Shown here: in pieces, positions 1 through 9,845 of the stretch | Layout: each line of letters begins with the position of its first letter | How positions within the stretch are numbered: position 1 is the stretch's first letter | Position numbers and translations under genes: made by a program | Source of the DNA: an uncultured Candidatus Saccharibacteria bacterium | GTDB taxonomy: Bacteria > Patescibacteriota > Dojkabacteria > J137 | Length of the DNA: 64,000 nucleotides | Direction: 5' to 3' | NCBI GenBank assembly: GCA_964607415.1 | Contig: CAZSKK010000002.1 | Location: 288,585 to 352,584, forward strand | Notes under the pieces: model-generated | The model's input: the letters and a program-made list of their open reading frames with translations, nothing else | Told to the model about the DNA's origin: nothing | Databases searched by the model: none

Positions 1-8
1 CATCTAAA

Positions 9-251
9 GTGGTGAGGCTTTTTGATGGAGATGTTGAAATATTCGATGGTTGGTATCCAGGCGAGTGGAATGTTGATGAGCTAATTGATAATGCAATTGT
101 TGTCGAAGGTATTAGATTCGCAAATTTGGAAGATGTTATTAAATGGAAAAAAGCGTTTGGAAGGGAAAAGGATTTAGAACATGCTAGAGTTATTGAAGAA
201 TACCTACTTAAGACTTCAAAAAACAAGCTCAAAGTTCAAAATAATATTTAA
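9..251 (+). CDS. hypothetical protein, probably 5'-truncated by the window edge; C-terminal region faintly nucleotidyltransferase-like
   Basis: ORF open to the window start with no in-frame stop upstream; charged C-terminus (KWKKAFGREKDLEHARVIEEYL); no confident family assignment. Confidence 0.35.
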   Translation: MVRLFDGDVEIFDGWYPGEWNVDELIDNAIVVEGIRFANLEDVIKWKKAFGREKDLEHARVIEEYLLKTSKNKLKVQNNI

Positions 252-284
252 TAAAATCAATTATAAAGTGACATGGTAAATCAA

Positions 285-312
285 GATTCCGGATCAAGTC
301 CGGAATGACGCC
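285..312. terminator. Hairpin TTCCGGA-TCAAG-TCCGGAA followed by ATGACGCC between convergent genes, candidate bidirectional terminator; member of a small hairpin repeat family (see 54914-54993)
   Basis: Perfect 7-bp palindromic stem at 287-305 between the stop of ORF 9..251 (+) and the stop of typA (-); no long U-run, so terminator function is inferred only. Confidence 0.35.
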
Positions 313-354
313 TTTTGTCTTTTCGTCTTACGTCAAACGTCCTACTTCAAACGC

Positions 355-2241
355 TTACTTCAAACCCATTTGCTGTTTTGCATAGTCTGTTAAGTTTGCT
401 CGTTTGGACCAATCTCTTTGAGTTTTTGTTAAGTGAGCTTTTCTTAGTCTTAAATTTTGAGGAGTTACCTCTAGAATTTCATCTTTTCCTAAGAAAAGTA
501 GTGCAAAATCTAAAGTTACTGGCTTTATAGTCTTTAGCGCAACATGTGTAATTTCAGCTTGGTTTCTTCTAACTGCAGATTTTTCTCTAGCCTTAACTGG
601 ATTTACTTCTAAATCCGTTTCATATTTATTAATACCAATAATCATACCTTCATAAACTTGTGTAGAAGGCTCAATCAAAAGATCACCTCTTTCTTGAATC
701 ATATTTAATGCATATCCAACTGCAACGCCTGTGTCTGTTGAAATTAAAACACCTCTTCTGAATAAATCGGGCTGTACGGTATATGGAACATAGCCTAATA
801 AAAAGTTATTCATTACAACATTACCTTTTGTAGCTGTTAGTAATATATTTCTTAACCCCAAAAGATTTCTGGTCAAAATTTTGTATGTAAATTTTGTTTG
901 TCCATTTTCCGTGGTCATTTCCAAAAGCTCAGCCTTTCTTTCGCCAAGGGCAGATGTAACCGCACCTTGATACTGGTCCGCAACGTCAATCAGAAGCTCT
1001 TCGATTGGTTCTTTTTCAACTCCGTCTTCTTTAATAAAAATTACTTCTGGTTTTCTAATTTGAAATTCATACCCTTCCCTTCTCATTGTTTCGATCAAAA
1101 TTGAAAGTTGAAGTTCGCCTCTACCTGCAACGTAATATGCTCCACCTTCACCTTTAGTAATTTTTAAACTGATGTTTGTTTCTACTTCTTTTTCTAATCT
1201 TTGTTGAACAAGTTTTGCTGTAACAAATTTTCCTTCTTTTCCAACAAATGGAGAAGTGTTTGCTTCAAATCTAATTTGAACTGAAGGATTAGAAATTTTG
1301 ATCACAGGTAAAGCTTCTGGCTTTTTTGTGTCACATAAAGTTCCACCGATTGCCTTAGAATCAATTCCTGAAATTGCAATAATTTCACCTGTTCCAGCTT
1401 TTTCAACGGGTACCCATTCCATTCCTTCTCTTACAAAAATATTTTTTATTTTTCCTGTTTCCTTAGGGCTATCGTCTTCTTGATTATGAAGAATAACAAC
1501 TGAATCGCCAACTTTGGCAGAACCTCTTTTTACACTTCCAACTAATAATCTTCCAATGTGCTGATCAAACTCCAAAGTTGTAATTTGCATTTGAAGAGGA
1601 TCAGATTCATTTCCTGTAGGGCTTGGAACATGTTTAATAATGGCGTCCAAAAGTGGTTTAATATCTCCTGGAATTGAATTAGGGATGGACATGTCACCTT
1701 CAGGTAATTTTTCAAATGCCTTACCTTCTCTCCCAATTGCGTAGTAAATAGGAAAGTCTAATTGTTCAGCATTTGTAGCCAAAGTTAAAAATAGATCATT
1801 TAATTTATCTACAACTTTTGCAGGATTTGCATATTTTTTATCAATTTTATTAATAACAACAATAGGTTTTAATCCAATCTCCAATGCTCTTTTTAAAACG
1901 AATTTTGTTTGAGGCATTGGTCCTTCCTGCGCATCTACTAAAAGCAAACATCCATCGGCCATGTTTAAAGTTCTTTCAACTTCTCCCCCAAAGTCTGCGT
2001 GTCCTGGAGTATCAATCACGTTAATTTTATAGCCATTATAATTAACTGCAATATTCTTTGCTTTAATTGTAATTCCCTTTTCTCTTTCAAGATCTCCTGA
2101 ATCTAAAATCATTTCCATAGACATTTCTTGCTGATTGTCTCTAAAAAGGTGATTTTGTTTCATAAATGCATCAACCAAAGTTGTTTTTCCATGGTCAACG
2201 TGAGCAATAATTGCGATATTTCTTATATTTTCTTTATTCAT
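355..2241 (-). CDS. typA: Translational GTPase TypA/BipA
   Basis: N-terminus [35 protein letters not shown] and NKID G-domain motifs, EF-G-like domains; start taken at the internal ATG 2239-2241 because the upstream 45 codons (to 2376) match no TypA sequence. Confidence 0.9.
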   Translation of the reverse strand: MNKENIRNIAIIAHVDHGKTTLVDAFMKQNHLFRDNQQEMSMEMILDSGDLEREKGITIKAKNIAVNYNGYKINVIDTPGHADFGGEVERTLNMADGCLLLVDAQEGPMPQTKFVLKRALEIGLKPIVVINKIDKKYANPAKVVDKLNDLFLTLATNAEQLDFPIYYAIGREGKAFEKLPEGDMSIPNSIPGDIKPLLDAIIKHVPSPTGNESDPLQMQITTLEFDQHIGRLLVGSVKRGSAKVGDSVVILHNQEDDSPKETGKIKNIFVREGMEWVPVEKAGTGEIIAISGIDSKAIGGTLCDTKKPEALPVIKISNPSVQIRFEANTSPFVGKEGKFVTAKLVQQRLEKEVETNISLKITKGEGGAYYVAGRGELQLSILIETMRREGYEFQIRKPEVIFIKEDGVEKEPIEELLIDVADQYQGAVTSALGERKAELLEMTTENGQTKFTYKILTRNLLGLRNILLTATKGNVVMNNFLLGYVPYTVQPDLFRRGVLISTDTGVAVGYALNMIQERGDLLIEPSTQVYEGMIIGINKYETDLEVNPVKAREKSAVRRNQAEITHVALKTIKPVTLDFALLFLGKDEILEVTPQNLRLRKAHLTKTQRDWSKRANLTDYAKQQMGLK

Positions 2242-2344
2242 ATGGTTTTTTGTAAAGCGAGTTATTTTAGCACGAATCTGCAATTTGCGGTAATGACAAA
2301 ATAAGAATGGAGAATCAAATGTAAGTTTTGCGCTATAATTATAT

Positions 2345-2599
2345 ATGGAAGAAAAACGATTGTGGTTTAGGGCCAAAAACTATGGATACGGTTGGTACCC
2401 AGTAACATGGGAAGGCTGGCTTTGTATATTAATCTACCTGGTTGTAGTTTTACTTGCTGCGTTTATTGGGTTTTACTTGTTTCCCGATACTTATGGATGG
2501 GCAATCTATTTTACTACTATAACTTTTTCAACAATACTCCTAATTTTTGTATCATATAAAAAAGGTGAGAAAGCGACGTTTCGATGGGGTAAGAAGTAA
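2345..2599 (+). CDS. small hypothetical membrane protein (2 predicted TM helices)
   Basis: 84-aa ORF with two hydrophobic segments; intergenic position between typA and the hydrolase gene. Confidence 0.35.
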   Translation: MEEKRLWFRAKNYGYGWYPVTWEGWLCILIYLVVVLLAAFIGFYLFPDTYGWAIYFTTITFSTILLIFVSYKKGEKATFRWGKK

Positions 2600-2644
2600 C
2601 TCGGCATTTGCAATGTCAAGAAGTTTGTAGAATAATAGTTTTTT

Positions 2645-3487
2645 GTGGATACATTCGAATACAAAGCAAAAAGAATAAACTTCAAAGGATACGAAATTCA
2701 AACTTACGTATTTGGTGAAGGAGATAATGTAATTTTTTCTTTTCCAAGCTACCCTCACTCCGGTCTTTACTACATTTTTTTTACAAAATTCTATAAAAAG
2801 CAAAATTTTAAATTTATTACTTTTGACCTTCCAGGTTGGAGCGGCTGGAGTCATAATTTGTTTAAAGAAGAAGGTTTTGATCTAAATACGTATACAGACA
2901 TTGCTGAAGAAATACTTAATCACTACAAGGTTGATAAATTTAGCTTAATCGGATACTCATTTGGTGGTGCGATGTCGGTATTGTTAGCAAAGCGAAGAGT
3001 TAATCAAATTAAAAGCATGGTTTTGGTAAGCCCGGTTATATTTGGTGATATTGCTAACGGCACATATGAAAAAAGAATGATCAATTTGGCTCACTCCTTT
3101 AGGGCGTATAGCATTTTTACCCATGTTATTAGAAGTCACTTGAAAGCAATTTTACCCGAACTATACAGTTTTATTAGTATGGATCTTTTAGATATGTATC
3201 TTACAATGTTTTTGCGAGCAGATAAAATAATTATGCTTGATAGTGTTTATAGATTGTTCAATTCAAAGATGACCACAGACGATATTTCCGTACTTGACCA
3301 AATACCAAATGTTCTTGTTGTAAATTCGGAAACAGAAGCACCACTTTTCAGAAAACAAGCCGGCCACTTAAGAAGAGTATTAAAAAATAACTCCAGTTTT
3401 AAAATTCGTGGTACTCATGATGACTTTATACTAAAACCAAAAGCCGAAACTGTTCAAAAAGTGATGGAGTTTTTGGTTAATAGTTAA
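2645..3487 (+). CDS. alpha/beta-fold hydrolase
   Basis: Nucleophile elbow GYSFGG (GxSxG), 280 aa, typical spacing for the alpha/beta hydrolase fold. Confidence 0.65.
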   Translation: MDTFEYKAKRINFKGYEIQTYVFGEGDNVIFSFPSYPHSGLYYIFFTKFYKKQNFKFITFDLPGWSGWSHNLFKEEGFDLNTYTDIAEEILNHYKVDKFSLIGYSFGGAMSVLLAKRRVNQIKSMVLVSPVIFGDIANGTYEKRMINLAHSFRAYSIFTHVIRSHLKAILPELYSFISMDLLDMYLTMFLRADKIIMLDSVYRLFNSKMTTDDISVLDQIPNVLVVNSETEAPLFRKQAGHLRRVLKNNSSFKIRGTHDDFILKPKAETVQKVMEFLVNS

Positions 3488-3524
3488 TTTACGCCGCAAG
3501 AAGCTTCATGGAGTTTGGGACAAT

Positions 3525-4808
3525 TTAAAAACTTTCTTCAACTTCGTTTCCTGTTTGCATATCTTTGATTTTATATATCCCCCTACTCTGCTCGTTTGTG
3601 CCTAAAATCACTACTTTATTTATCGATTCTCGATTTGCTCTGTCTAAAGCCTTGCCCAACCTTTCTGTCTCCAGTCCGGTTTCAACAATTTTACCTTCTT
3701 TTCTAAGCTTATTTGCTATTGAAAAAACTTCGTCAAACAAGCTTTCGTCAAGAATTGGTATATAGAATTTCTCGCTTTGAATTTTAGATTTTATATTTTC
3801 CAATAATCCCCAAGTCTCTAAAAATATTCTGGTTGTTTCATCACCTGGGGCACATCCAACTGCAGGAAAAGAATTTCCACCAAATATCCCTGCTAAACCA
3901 TTGTATCTTCCACCTCCAAAAAGAGAACGTGGATTTTCTGGGTTCTTATCAAAAACCTCAAAAACCATCCCATCGTAGTAATCAAATCCTCGTATAATAT
4001 TTGGAGTAAATTTAAACCAATCAGAATAGCCGTACTCTGTAAGTTTTCTGGTTATTTCTAATATTTCCTTCATTCCCTCATTTTCAACTACTCCTGGAAT
4101 TGCTTGTATTAGTTCTTCCTGTGATTTGCTACACATAAACTTATACAAATTTTCTATTTGTTCTTGATTTAACCCTGTTTCTGAAAGCCTCGAATTAAAA
4201 TCATCTTTTGTAAGTTTATCGAATTTATCTAAAATTCTTACAACTTCGACGCGTTGCTCTTGGCTGACTTTTGCAAATTCATTCAAGATAAAATCTATAA
4301 TTTTTCTATTATTTATGTTTAATGTGAAACTGCCAACAGGCGGTTTGAATGCCAACATTATCTCTAAAGCTATTACGAGAATTTCTACATCAGCGTTAAT
4401 TGAACTCGATCCAAAAATATCAAAGTTTAATTGCCAGAACTCTCTATTTCGACCTTTTTGCGGTTTCTGATTTCTAAAGAAATTTGCAATTGAAAATAGT
4501 CTAAGTGGTTTTGGAGTTGACTCGTAAAATTTTGAAACCATTCTTGTTACCGATGGCGTCATTTCAGGCCTGATTGCCAGCTCTCTTCCGCCTCTATCTT
4601 CAAAAGTTGTTAATTCTTTTCCTCCAATATCTTCCCCTGACTTAGCTCTGTAAAGGTCTGCATATTCAACCATAGGAGTTAAATACTCTTTATAGCCAAA
4701 GTTTTCACACACTTTTCTCCAAGTATCAAAAATATATTTTCTAATTTGATACTCTTCTGGAATCCAGTCCGAAGTACCTTTTGGTGGAATATTTGTAAAT
4801 TGTTTCAT
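3525..4808 (-). CDS. hisS: Histidine--tRNA ligase (class II aaRS)
   Basis: Class II motifs (FRNQKPQKGRNREFWQLNFDIFG motif 2 region, GGGRYNGL motif 3), HisRS-specific N-terminal region; 427 aa. Confidence 0.9.
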   Translation of the reverse strand: MKQFTNIPPKGTSDWIPEEYQIRKYIFDTWRKVCENFGYKEYLTPMVEYADLYRAKSGEDIGGKELTTFEDRGGRELAIRPEMTPSVTRMVSKFYESTPKPLRLFSIANFFRNQKPQKGRNREFWQLNFDIFGSSSINADVEILVIALEIMLAFKPPVGSFTLNINNRKIIDFILNEFAKVSQEQRVEVVRILDKFDKLTKDDFNSRLSETGLNQEQIENLYKFMCSKSQEELIQAIPGVVENEGMKEILEITRKLTEYGYSDWFKFTPNIIRGFDYYDGMVFEVFDKNPENPRSLFGGGRYNGLAGIFGGNSFPAVGCAPGDETTRIFLETWGLLENIKSKIQSEKFYIPILDESLFDEVFSIANKLRKEGKIVETGLETERLGKALDRANRESINKVVILGTNEQSRGIYKIKDMQTGNEVEESF

Positions 4809-4876
4809 AAGTAAATTTTAACATTAAATATTTTTAATATCTTTATCGTTAGCATAAAATAAATCTAAAACACGCA

Positions 4877-5698
4877 CTAAGGTTCGATAAGGATAGGCTT
4901 ACGTGGTTTATCAGCAATATATTCTGGATTTCTGAGGGGATCTTCTCTTCTTATCCACGGCCACATTATTATTAATTCATTTGCATACATACTGGCTTTA
5001 ATTACTGGAGGCAGTTCATCGGCAATTAGTATTCCTCCCATTTGTTGAATTAGCTGGCCTTGATCTCTATATGAGCGAAATTTAGCTTCAGTAACTCTTT
5101 GAACATCTGCTATTGTCAATTTTTTAAAAAATTCTGGGTCGTATTTTTCAATTTGGTCTTGAAAATATTTGAATTTGAGTTCTGCTTCTTCTCTAATGGC
5201 TGCAGGATCAAAGTTATAATTTGTTGCATTTAGAATTTCTTTTTCCAAATATTTTTCATAAAGTGAAAAAACCCTTATAACTCTACTTGCAGTAGTTGGC
5301 AAAATAGTTTCTTTAGGAACAGCTTGAAAAAGCTCTATCCCATTTTGAACACGATTTTTATTTAGTAATTGAACTAAATATTCCTTATAGCTAGTTACTC
5401 TTGACGCATAAATTTCTAGGTTAAAATCACCCATGTTCGCACCATTTCGCAAAGCTGATTCAACAGCCATCCAGTTATATCCGATTTCAGGTGCAAAATC
5501 ACTATCACCAATTAGTAATACTAATTCAAAGCGAGCATCTGATTTTGAAAATCTTTCGAACATTTGAAATATCCTGGGAATTCTTGAGACAAAGATATCA
5601 GCTTTTGCTCCATTTACGCTGCTTAACGAAAATGCAGATGGCATTATATTTGAAGGGTTTTGCATATCTCTGACATCAAATTTAGGACAGATAAACAT
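4877..5698 (-). CDS. hypothetical protein of unknown function, located between tRNA-His and hisS
   Basis: 273-aa ORF with no recognisable motif; a 52-codon ORF in a different frame lies between it and the tRNA at 5769-5924. Confidence 0.45.
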   Translation of the reverse strand: MFICPKFDVRDMQNPSNIMPSAFSLSSVNGAKADIFVSRIPRIFQMFERFSKSDARFELVLLIGDSDFAPEIGYNWMAVESALRNGANMGDFNLEIYASRVTSYKEYLVQLLNKNRVQNGIELFQAVPKETILPTTASRVIRVFSLYEKYLEKEILNATNYNFDPAAIREEAELKFKYFQDQIEKYDPEFFKKLTIADVQRVTEAKFRSYRDQGQLIQQMGGILIADELPPVIKASMYANELIIMWPWIRREDPLRNPEYIADKPRKPILIEP

Positions 5699-5947
5699 AC
5701 ACGCCCTTGGCGTACCATATTCTAATATTTGTGCTTTTACTTTAGATATTATTAAATCTCTAAAATCAATGGGGAGAGTAAGGCTTTCCTTCTTCTAGTA
5801 TACCTGTGGCCTTTAATATATCTCGGTTTGTCTCATTATTGAAAATTCCAGCCATTGAAAAAAACTCACTAGAAACTACTTCTACCGTATTATCTTGTTC
5901 TAGCATTTGATTCAAGTTTGACATATAAAAATAAATAATAAATATAA

Positions 5948-6022
5948 TGGGCGAATGACGGGACTCGAACCCGCAATTTCTTATTTCACAGATAAGCGCT
6001 TTACCATTAAGCTACATCCGCC
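5948..6022 (-). tRNA. tRNA-His (anticodon GTG) with a genomically encoded G-1
   Basis: Minus-strand reading GGCGGATGTAGCTTAATGGTAAAGCGCTTATCTGTGAAATAAGAAATTGCGGGTTCGAGTCCCGTCATTCGCCCA; D-stem GCTT/AAGC, anticodon stem CTTAT/ATAAG with loop CTGTGAA, T-arm GCGGG-TTCGAGT-CCCGT; an extra 5' G pairs with C73 as in bacterial tRNA-His. Confidence 0.85.
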
Positions 6023-6111
6023 AAAAATTTCATAGAGAGTTTGCATAGCAAAAACCCTCCAGTTGGAGGGTTAAAAATCACTTAAGATTCTTCGGTTGAA
6101 ATAATCTAACC

Positions 6112-6417
6112 TTACCCTCCTTTATGAGGGCTATGATGTTTAGAAATTCTGCTTAAAACTGTTAAATATCCATCTTCACCTCTTTTTAACCATTGGTTCA
6201 CTCTTGTTACTGTTGCAATACTTACACCTGTTTCTTTTGAAACAGTTCTTTGAGTCTTGCCAGCATAAAGCTCTTGGGCTACTTCAAATCTTGCTGCAAA
6301 TTCTTCAATTTCAGATTCAGTCATAAGATCACGGCAAAAATTCGCTACTTCATCTTCAGTTTTAAGCGATAAAAATGCATTAAATAATTTTTTAGTTTTT
6401 GTATTTTTCCATTTCAT
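6112..6417 (-). CDS. YerC/YecD-like TrpR-family DNA-binding protein
   Basis: 101 aa; C-terminal HTH region (QRTVSKETGVSIATVTRVNQWLKRG) characteristic of the TrpR-related YerC family. Confidence 0.65.
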   Translation of the reverse strand: MKWKNTKTKKLFNAFLSLKTEDEVANFCRDLMTESEIEEFAARFEVAQELYAGKTQRTVSKETGVSIATVTRVNQWLKRGEDGYLTVLSRISKHHSPHKGG

Positions 6418-6456
6418 GACAATGTATTATTACATTAATACATTGAGTTGTCAAGA

Positions 6457-6487
6457 ACAAGGCGAAACGCTAGCGTTTCGCCTTGTT
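6457..6487. terminator. Strong perfect palindrome AACAAGGCGAAACGCTAGCGTTTCGCCTTGTT downstream of the CHRD gene; likely transcription stop or processing hairpin
   Basis: 15-bp stem centred on GCTAGC; a second AT-rich palindrome CAATGTATTATTACATTAATACATTG sits at 6419-6447 just upstream of the yerC-like start. Confidence 0.4.
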
Positions 6488-6495
6488 GGTACAAC

Positions 6496-6960
6496 TTATT
6501 TAATTACACCACAAAAATCATAAGTACCCAAATCTTCTGCAGATCTATGACCTGTGATTATATGATTACCGTCATTAATATCATCAAGATTAAGATCCAC
6601 CAATGATGTTGATCTTCCATTTACTACATTTGTTAGGTTTACAATAATGGCACCTGGTGCTTCACAGCTTCCAACGTGAATATGAACAGGTTGAAGTGTG
6701 TCAGGATTATTTACAAGGCTAAGTTCTACCGAAAGCTTGCCCTCTTGTTCTTCTAAGATAGCAGTTCCATATTGATTTATAACACTTTGAGAGTTTAAAT
6801 CTATTCTCAATGAATCGTTATCGTCAATAGAGGTTTCCTGTTCCTCGTTTGTAGAGCTATCGGAATCATCATCTTTCAAGAAAAAGAAATATACTGCAGC
6901 TGAAGTTACTGCGATTACTAAGAGAATTAGTATAGCACCTAACACCGTTTTGTTTCGCAT
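6496..6960 (-). CDS. membrane-anchored CHRD-domain protein
   Basis: N-terminal TM anchor, acidic linker, then PVHIHVGSCEAPGAIIVNL and GHRSAEDLGTYDFCGVI resembling the CHRD (chordin-like) beta-sandwich motif. Confidence 0.5.
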   Translation of the reverse strand: MRNKTVLGAILILLVIAVTSAAVYFFFLKDDDSDSSTNEEQETSIDDNDSLRIDLNSQSVINQYGTAILEEQEGKLSVELSLVNNPDTLQPVHIHVGSCEAPGAIIVNLTNVVNGRSTSLVDLNLDDINDGNHIITGHRSAEDLGTYDFCGVIK

Positions 6961-7009
6961 TTAGAAAAACATAAAAAGTAAATTAGGTACTTACAAGTTA
7001 GCACACAAA

Positions 7010-7080
7010 AGGTAAAGAGGTAAAGAGCTACGCAGGTAATGGACTGAAGAGGTAGAGAGCTGCAGAGCAAAGCTGTTAGT
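7010..7080 (+). repeat. GC-rich dispersed repeat (GAAGAGGTAGAGAGC family)
   Basis: ggtaaagaggtaaagagc...gaagaggtagagagctgcagagcaaagctg; near-identical 14-mers recur at 9846-9915, 16555-16600 and 32246-32292 in mixed orientation. Confidence 0.4.
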
Positions 7081-7156
7081 TAAAATGTTTAAACGTTAAA
7101 ACGTTGCAACCTTATAACTTTGAAACTATCCATTTCTATTCTTAATTCTTGATTCT

Positions 7157-8086
7157 TTAATCTTTTTTTAATTTCGCTACAAAAAATCCAGTATAATTTT
7201 CGTTAGGAAGAATACGGACTGCTTTTGAAATGCTATCGTCGAACTTATCCTTTCCAAATAAGGTTAAGGCAGGAATTTGATTTTGAATTTCAAATTTTAC
7301 CTTTTGCACTTTACACTTTTTGTTCTTTTTTAATATCCAGTCCAGAACTTTCTCGTTTTCTTCCGCGCTATAAGTGCAAGTTGAGTAGACTATTTCTCCT
7401 CCAGATTTGCATAACTGAACTGCTGCGTTTAATAAACCCTTTTGAAGTTTAGAATAATTTTTTGCATTTGAGCTTCTCCAAAATTGATGCCAGTTTTTAT
7501 TATTTAAATCAATATTTACTTCGTTTGAACATGGCGCATCAACTAGAACCTTATCAAAGTAATTTAAAAACTCTGTGAATTTATGCGGCAATAATTTAGC
7601 GTCTACGTTTAAAGTTCTAACATTATCAGCACCAAAGTTTTCTAGTAGCCTATTGAGTTTAAAAAACCTATCTCTACTCTTCTCTACTGCAATTATTTCG
7701 GATTCTTTTTTTGTGAAACAAGACATTAAGATAGTTTTACTTCCTGGTGACGCACATAGATCTAAAATTTTCTCATCCTTTTTAGGATCCAAAGCTAAAA
7801 CTGGAAGCATACTGCTAAGCTGTTGAATATAAATTTTATTTTCTAAAAAAGCTTTTGATTCGGATAATTTCTTTTCAGAAGTACTTATGTATGAATTGGG
7901 TAAACCTGCTTCAATTACTTTATATCCTTCAGTATTTAGTTCTTGCAAAACTTGTTCTGGTTTATACTGGTTAATGTTTATAAAGAAAGTAAATGGCTTT
8001 TTTGATTCGTGTGTTTTTAAAATAGAAGAAAAATTAGCTCCGTAGATGTCTTTTAGTTTTTGAGTAAATTGTTCAGTTTTGGTCAT
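7157..8086 (-). CDS. NOL1/NOP2/Sun-family RNA m5C methyltransferase (RsmB/RsmF-like)
   Basis: SAM-binding LDLCASPGSKT, motif IV VLVDAPCSNEV and motif VI YSTCTYS with both catalytic cysteines. Confidence 0.8.
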   Translation of the reverse strand: MTKTEQFTQKLKDIYGANFSSILKTHESKKPFTFFININQYKPEQVLQELNTEGYKVIEAGLPNSYISTSEKKLSESKAFLENKIYIQQLSSMLPVLALDPKKDEKILDLCASPGSKTILMSCFTKKESEIIAVEKSRDRFFKLNRLLENFGADNVRTLNVDAKLLPHKFTEFLNYFDKVLVDAPCSNEVNIDLNNKNWHQFWRSSNAKNYSKLQKGLLNAAVQLCKSGGEIVYSTCTYSAEENEKVLDWILKKNKKCKVQKVKFEIQNQIPALTLFGKDKFDDSISKAVRILPNENYTGFFVAKLKKD

Positions 8087-8123
8087 AAAAGTTTAATAAC
8101 CCCTCCTGCCAGCTTCGCTGCCT

Positions 8124-8161
8124 CCTCCCCTTTGATTAAAGGGGAGGTGACTCGAAGAGTC
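8124..8161. repeat. GGAGAGG-family hairpin (CCTCCCCTTT-GATT-AAAGGGGAGG) plus adjacent palindrome GACTCGAAGAGTC
   Basis: 10-bp stem between the methyltransferase start and the trmB-like stop; same GC-rich hairpin type as 12166-12184, 23687-23704 and 24297-24314. Confidence 0.4.
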
Positions 8162-8169
8162 GGAGGGGT

Positions 8170-8958
8170 TCATCCAAAATTTTTTGCATCCTTCCACAAA
8201 ACTTCAAAAATCTGCTTTTGAAACTTTGCTATCTTTTCGTTATAAATTTCTACACCCCAAATCTCATTTTCATGCCAGCTATAAAAAGACAACACTTCAT
8301 CATAAATATCGCTTTGATAAGAAATATCAATAACATCTTTTGGTAGATATTTTGTTTGAATGTAAGTGTTTGGAAATGAGGAAATCACCATTCCTACGTT
8401 TTTTACACTTTCTATATAAGAATCGCTAATTATATCTCTAAACTTAATTCTTCTAATCAATATCTCTTCCTCCCACTTTTTTGCAAAATCCTCTCCTACG
8501 ATCTCTGAAAGGCTTCTAAAGCTATATCCAACTATCTCACTCTTAGCTTTAAGAGTATTCCAAACCATTTGTTTAATTCCTTCTACCCCTTTATACATAA
8601 GCACCTTTGTACCAGGCTGAGAAATAGAAGTATTGTAAGTAATTAGACTTTGAATTTGCGGCAACGTTTCCTTTAAAAATTTTACTTTGTCTTCTTGCTC
8701 TTTCACTAGCATTTCAAGTTTATGGGTTCCTACAGGGTACAAAACTTTTTTGTTAAATTTTAAAACTTCTTCTATAACACCAATCCCTTTAAGCCTTTCA
8801 ACAATTCTGTAAGTAGTCGTTCTAGGAAGTTTAGATTCTTTGGAGATTTCAAGGACAGTAAGGCCTCCCTTATCAACAAGGTCAAAATAAATTTGAGCCT
8901 CTGTAAAGTCTAAGCCTAGAAAAGTTAGAAATTTTAGAACAACATCTGCGTTTTTCAT
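8170..8958 (-). CDS. TrmB-family transcriptional regulator
   Basis: N-terminal winged HTH (FDLVDKGGLTVLEISKESKLPRTTTYRIVERLKGIGVIEE), 262 aa with a C-terminal effector domain. Confidence 0.7.
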   Translation of the reverse strand: MKNADVVLKFLTFLGLDFTEAQIYFDLVDKGGLTVLEISKESKLPRTTTYRIVERLKGIGVIEEVLKFNKKVLYPVGTHKLEMLVKEQEDKVKFLKETLPQIQSLITYNTSISQPGTKVLMYKGVEGIKQMVWNTLKAKSEIVGYSFRSLSEIVGEDFAKKWEEEILIRRIKFRDIISDSYIESVKNVGMVISSFPNTYIQTKYLPKDVIDISYQSDIYDEVLSFYSWHENEIWGVEIYNEKIAKFQKQIFEVLWKDAKNFG

Positions 8959-9098
8959 AAATATTGACCACTATTTGGACATCAAGTTTATTATAACTCC
9001 TGGTATTGATAAAATAAAGCATCAATTTGTCCAGAAATTGTTAATTCATTTATGTGTTATCGAGTTTACGTTTCTAAATTAATCTTTAAAACCATGTA

Positions 9099-9830
9099 AT
9101 GATCGATTCTTACAACAAAATATTTAAAACTGTAAATAATGTCCTAGTTGTGCTTGCACATCCGGATGATGCGGAAGTTGTTTGTGGTGGATTGATTTCT
9201 AGGCTTACGGCTGATAATAAACATGTGCGTCTGATAGTTACAACAAATGGTGGGAAAGGTATGCAAAATAAGAAAAATATTAACGAGGATGACTTTGGAA
9301 AAATGAGAACTTTAGAACAGTTAAATGCTGGGAAAATATTGGGTATCAACGAAAACAATAACTTCAACTTAAATCTTCCGGACGGTGAAGTGGAAACTAG
9401 CATTGTCAATATTGAGAAGGTTGTTTTTCATATACGAGATTTTAAGCCAGATATTATAATAACTCACAATCCACAGGACTATATTATTAAATTTGATCCA
9501 AAAGTTCATTGGGTTAATCACAGAGATCATAGAAATACAGCACAAATTACTTTGGATGCAATGTATCCGTATTCTAGAGACCGCGGATTTTTTCCAAACC
9601 ATTTTAAAAAAGGATTGGAGCCACATAAGGTTACTAAAGTGCTGCTAGCCGATTCGTATAGCAACGAACTTGTTTCTTATTTTGACATAAGTGGTTTTAC
9701 TGAAACAAAAGTGAAAGCACTTATGCACCATCCAAGTGCAATAAATCCAGCCCATGCTAATGATTACCTTGAAGAAAATCTAATTGGTGGAAGATATTAC
9801 GAATCACTTCTCTACACAGAAATTTACTAG
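9099..9830 (+). CDS. PIG-L/LmbE-family N-acetylglucosaminyl deacetylase
   Basis: VLVVLAHPDDAEVVCGG (AHPDDE motif) and HxDH region (VNHRDHRNT). Confidence 0.8.
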   Translation: MIDSYNKIFKTVNNVLVVLAHPDDAEVVCGGLISRLTADNKHVRLIVTTNGGKGMQNKKNINEDDFGKMRTLEQLNAGKILGINENNNFNLNLPDGEVETSIVNIEKVVFHIRDFKPDIIITHNPQDYIIKFDPKVHWVNHRDHRNTAQITLDAMYPYSRDRGFFPNHFKKGLEPHKVTKVLLADSYSNELVSYFDISGFTETKVKALMHHPSAINPAHANDYLEENLIGGRYYESLLYTEIY

Positions 9831-9845
9831 TACATGATTTTAGAA

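Noticed and set aside
315-530. Plus-strand 71-aa ORF overlapping the 3' end of typA; similarly 898..1104, 1298..1483, 1542..1736
   Set aside because: Antisense or alternate-frame ORFs inside a well-supported conserved gene, with low-complexity translations; considered spurious.
2242-2376. N-terminal extension of typA; analogous extensions for the LOG-MTase (12021..12083), csoR-like (44436..44471), MFS (46084..46209) and the secreted protein (16291..16362)
   Set aside because: The extensions precede the conserved family N-termini and overlap hairpin/repeat or operator sequences; internal ATGs fit the homologous starts.
9110-9626. Minus-strand ORFs 9110..9409 and 9369..9626 antisense to the PIG-L deacetylase gene
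   Set aside because: Overlap a gene with clear family motifs; no supporting signals.
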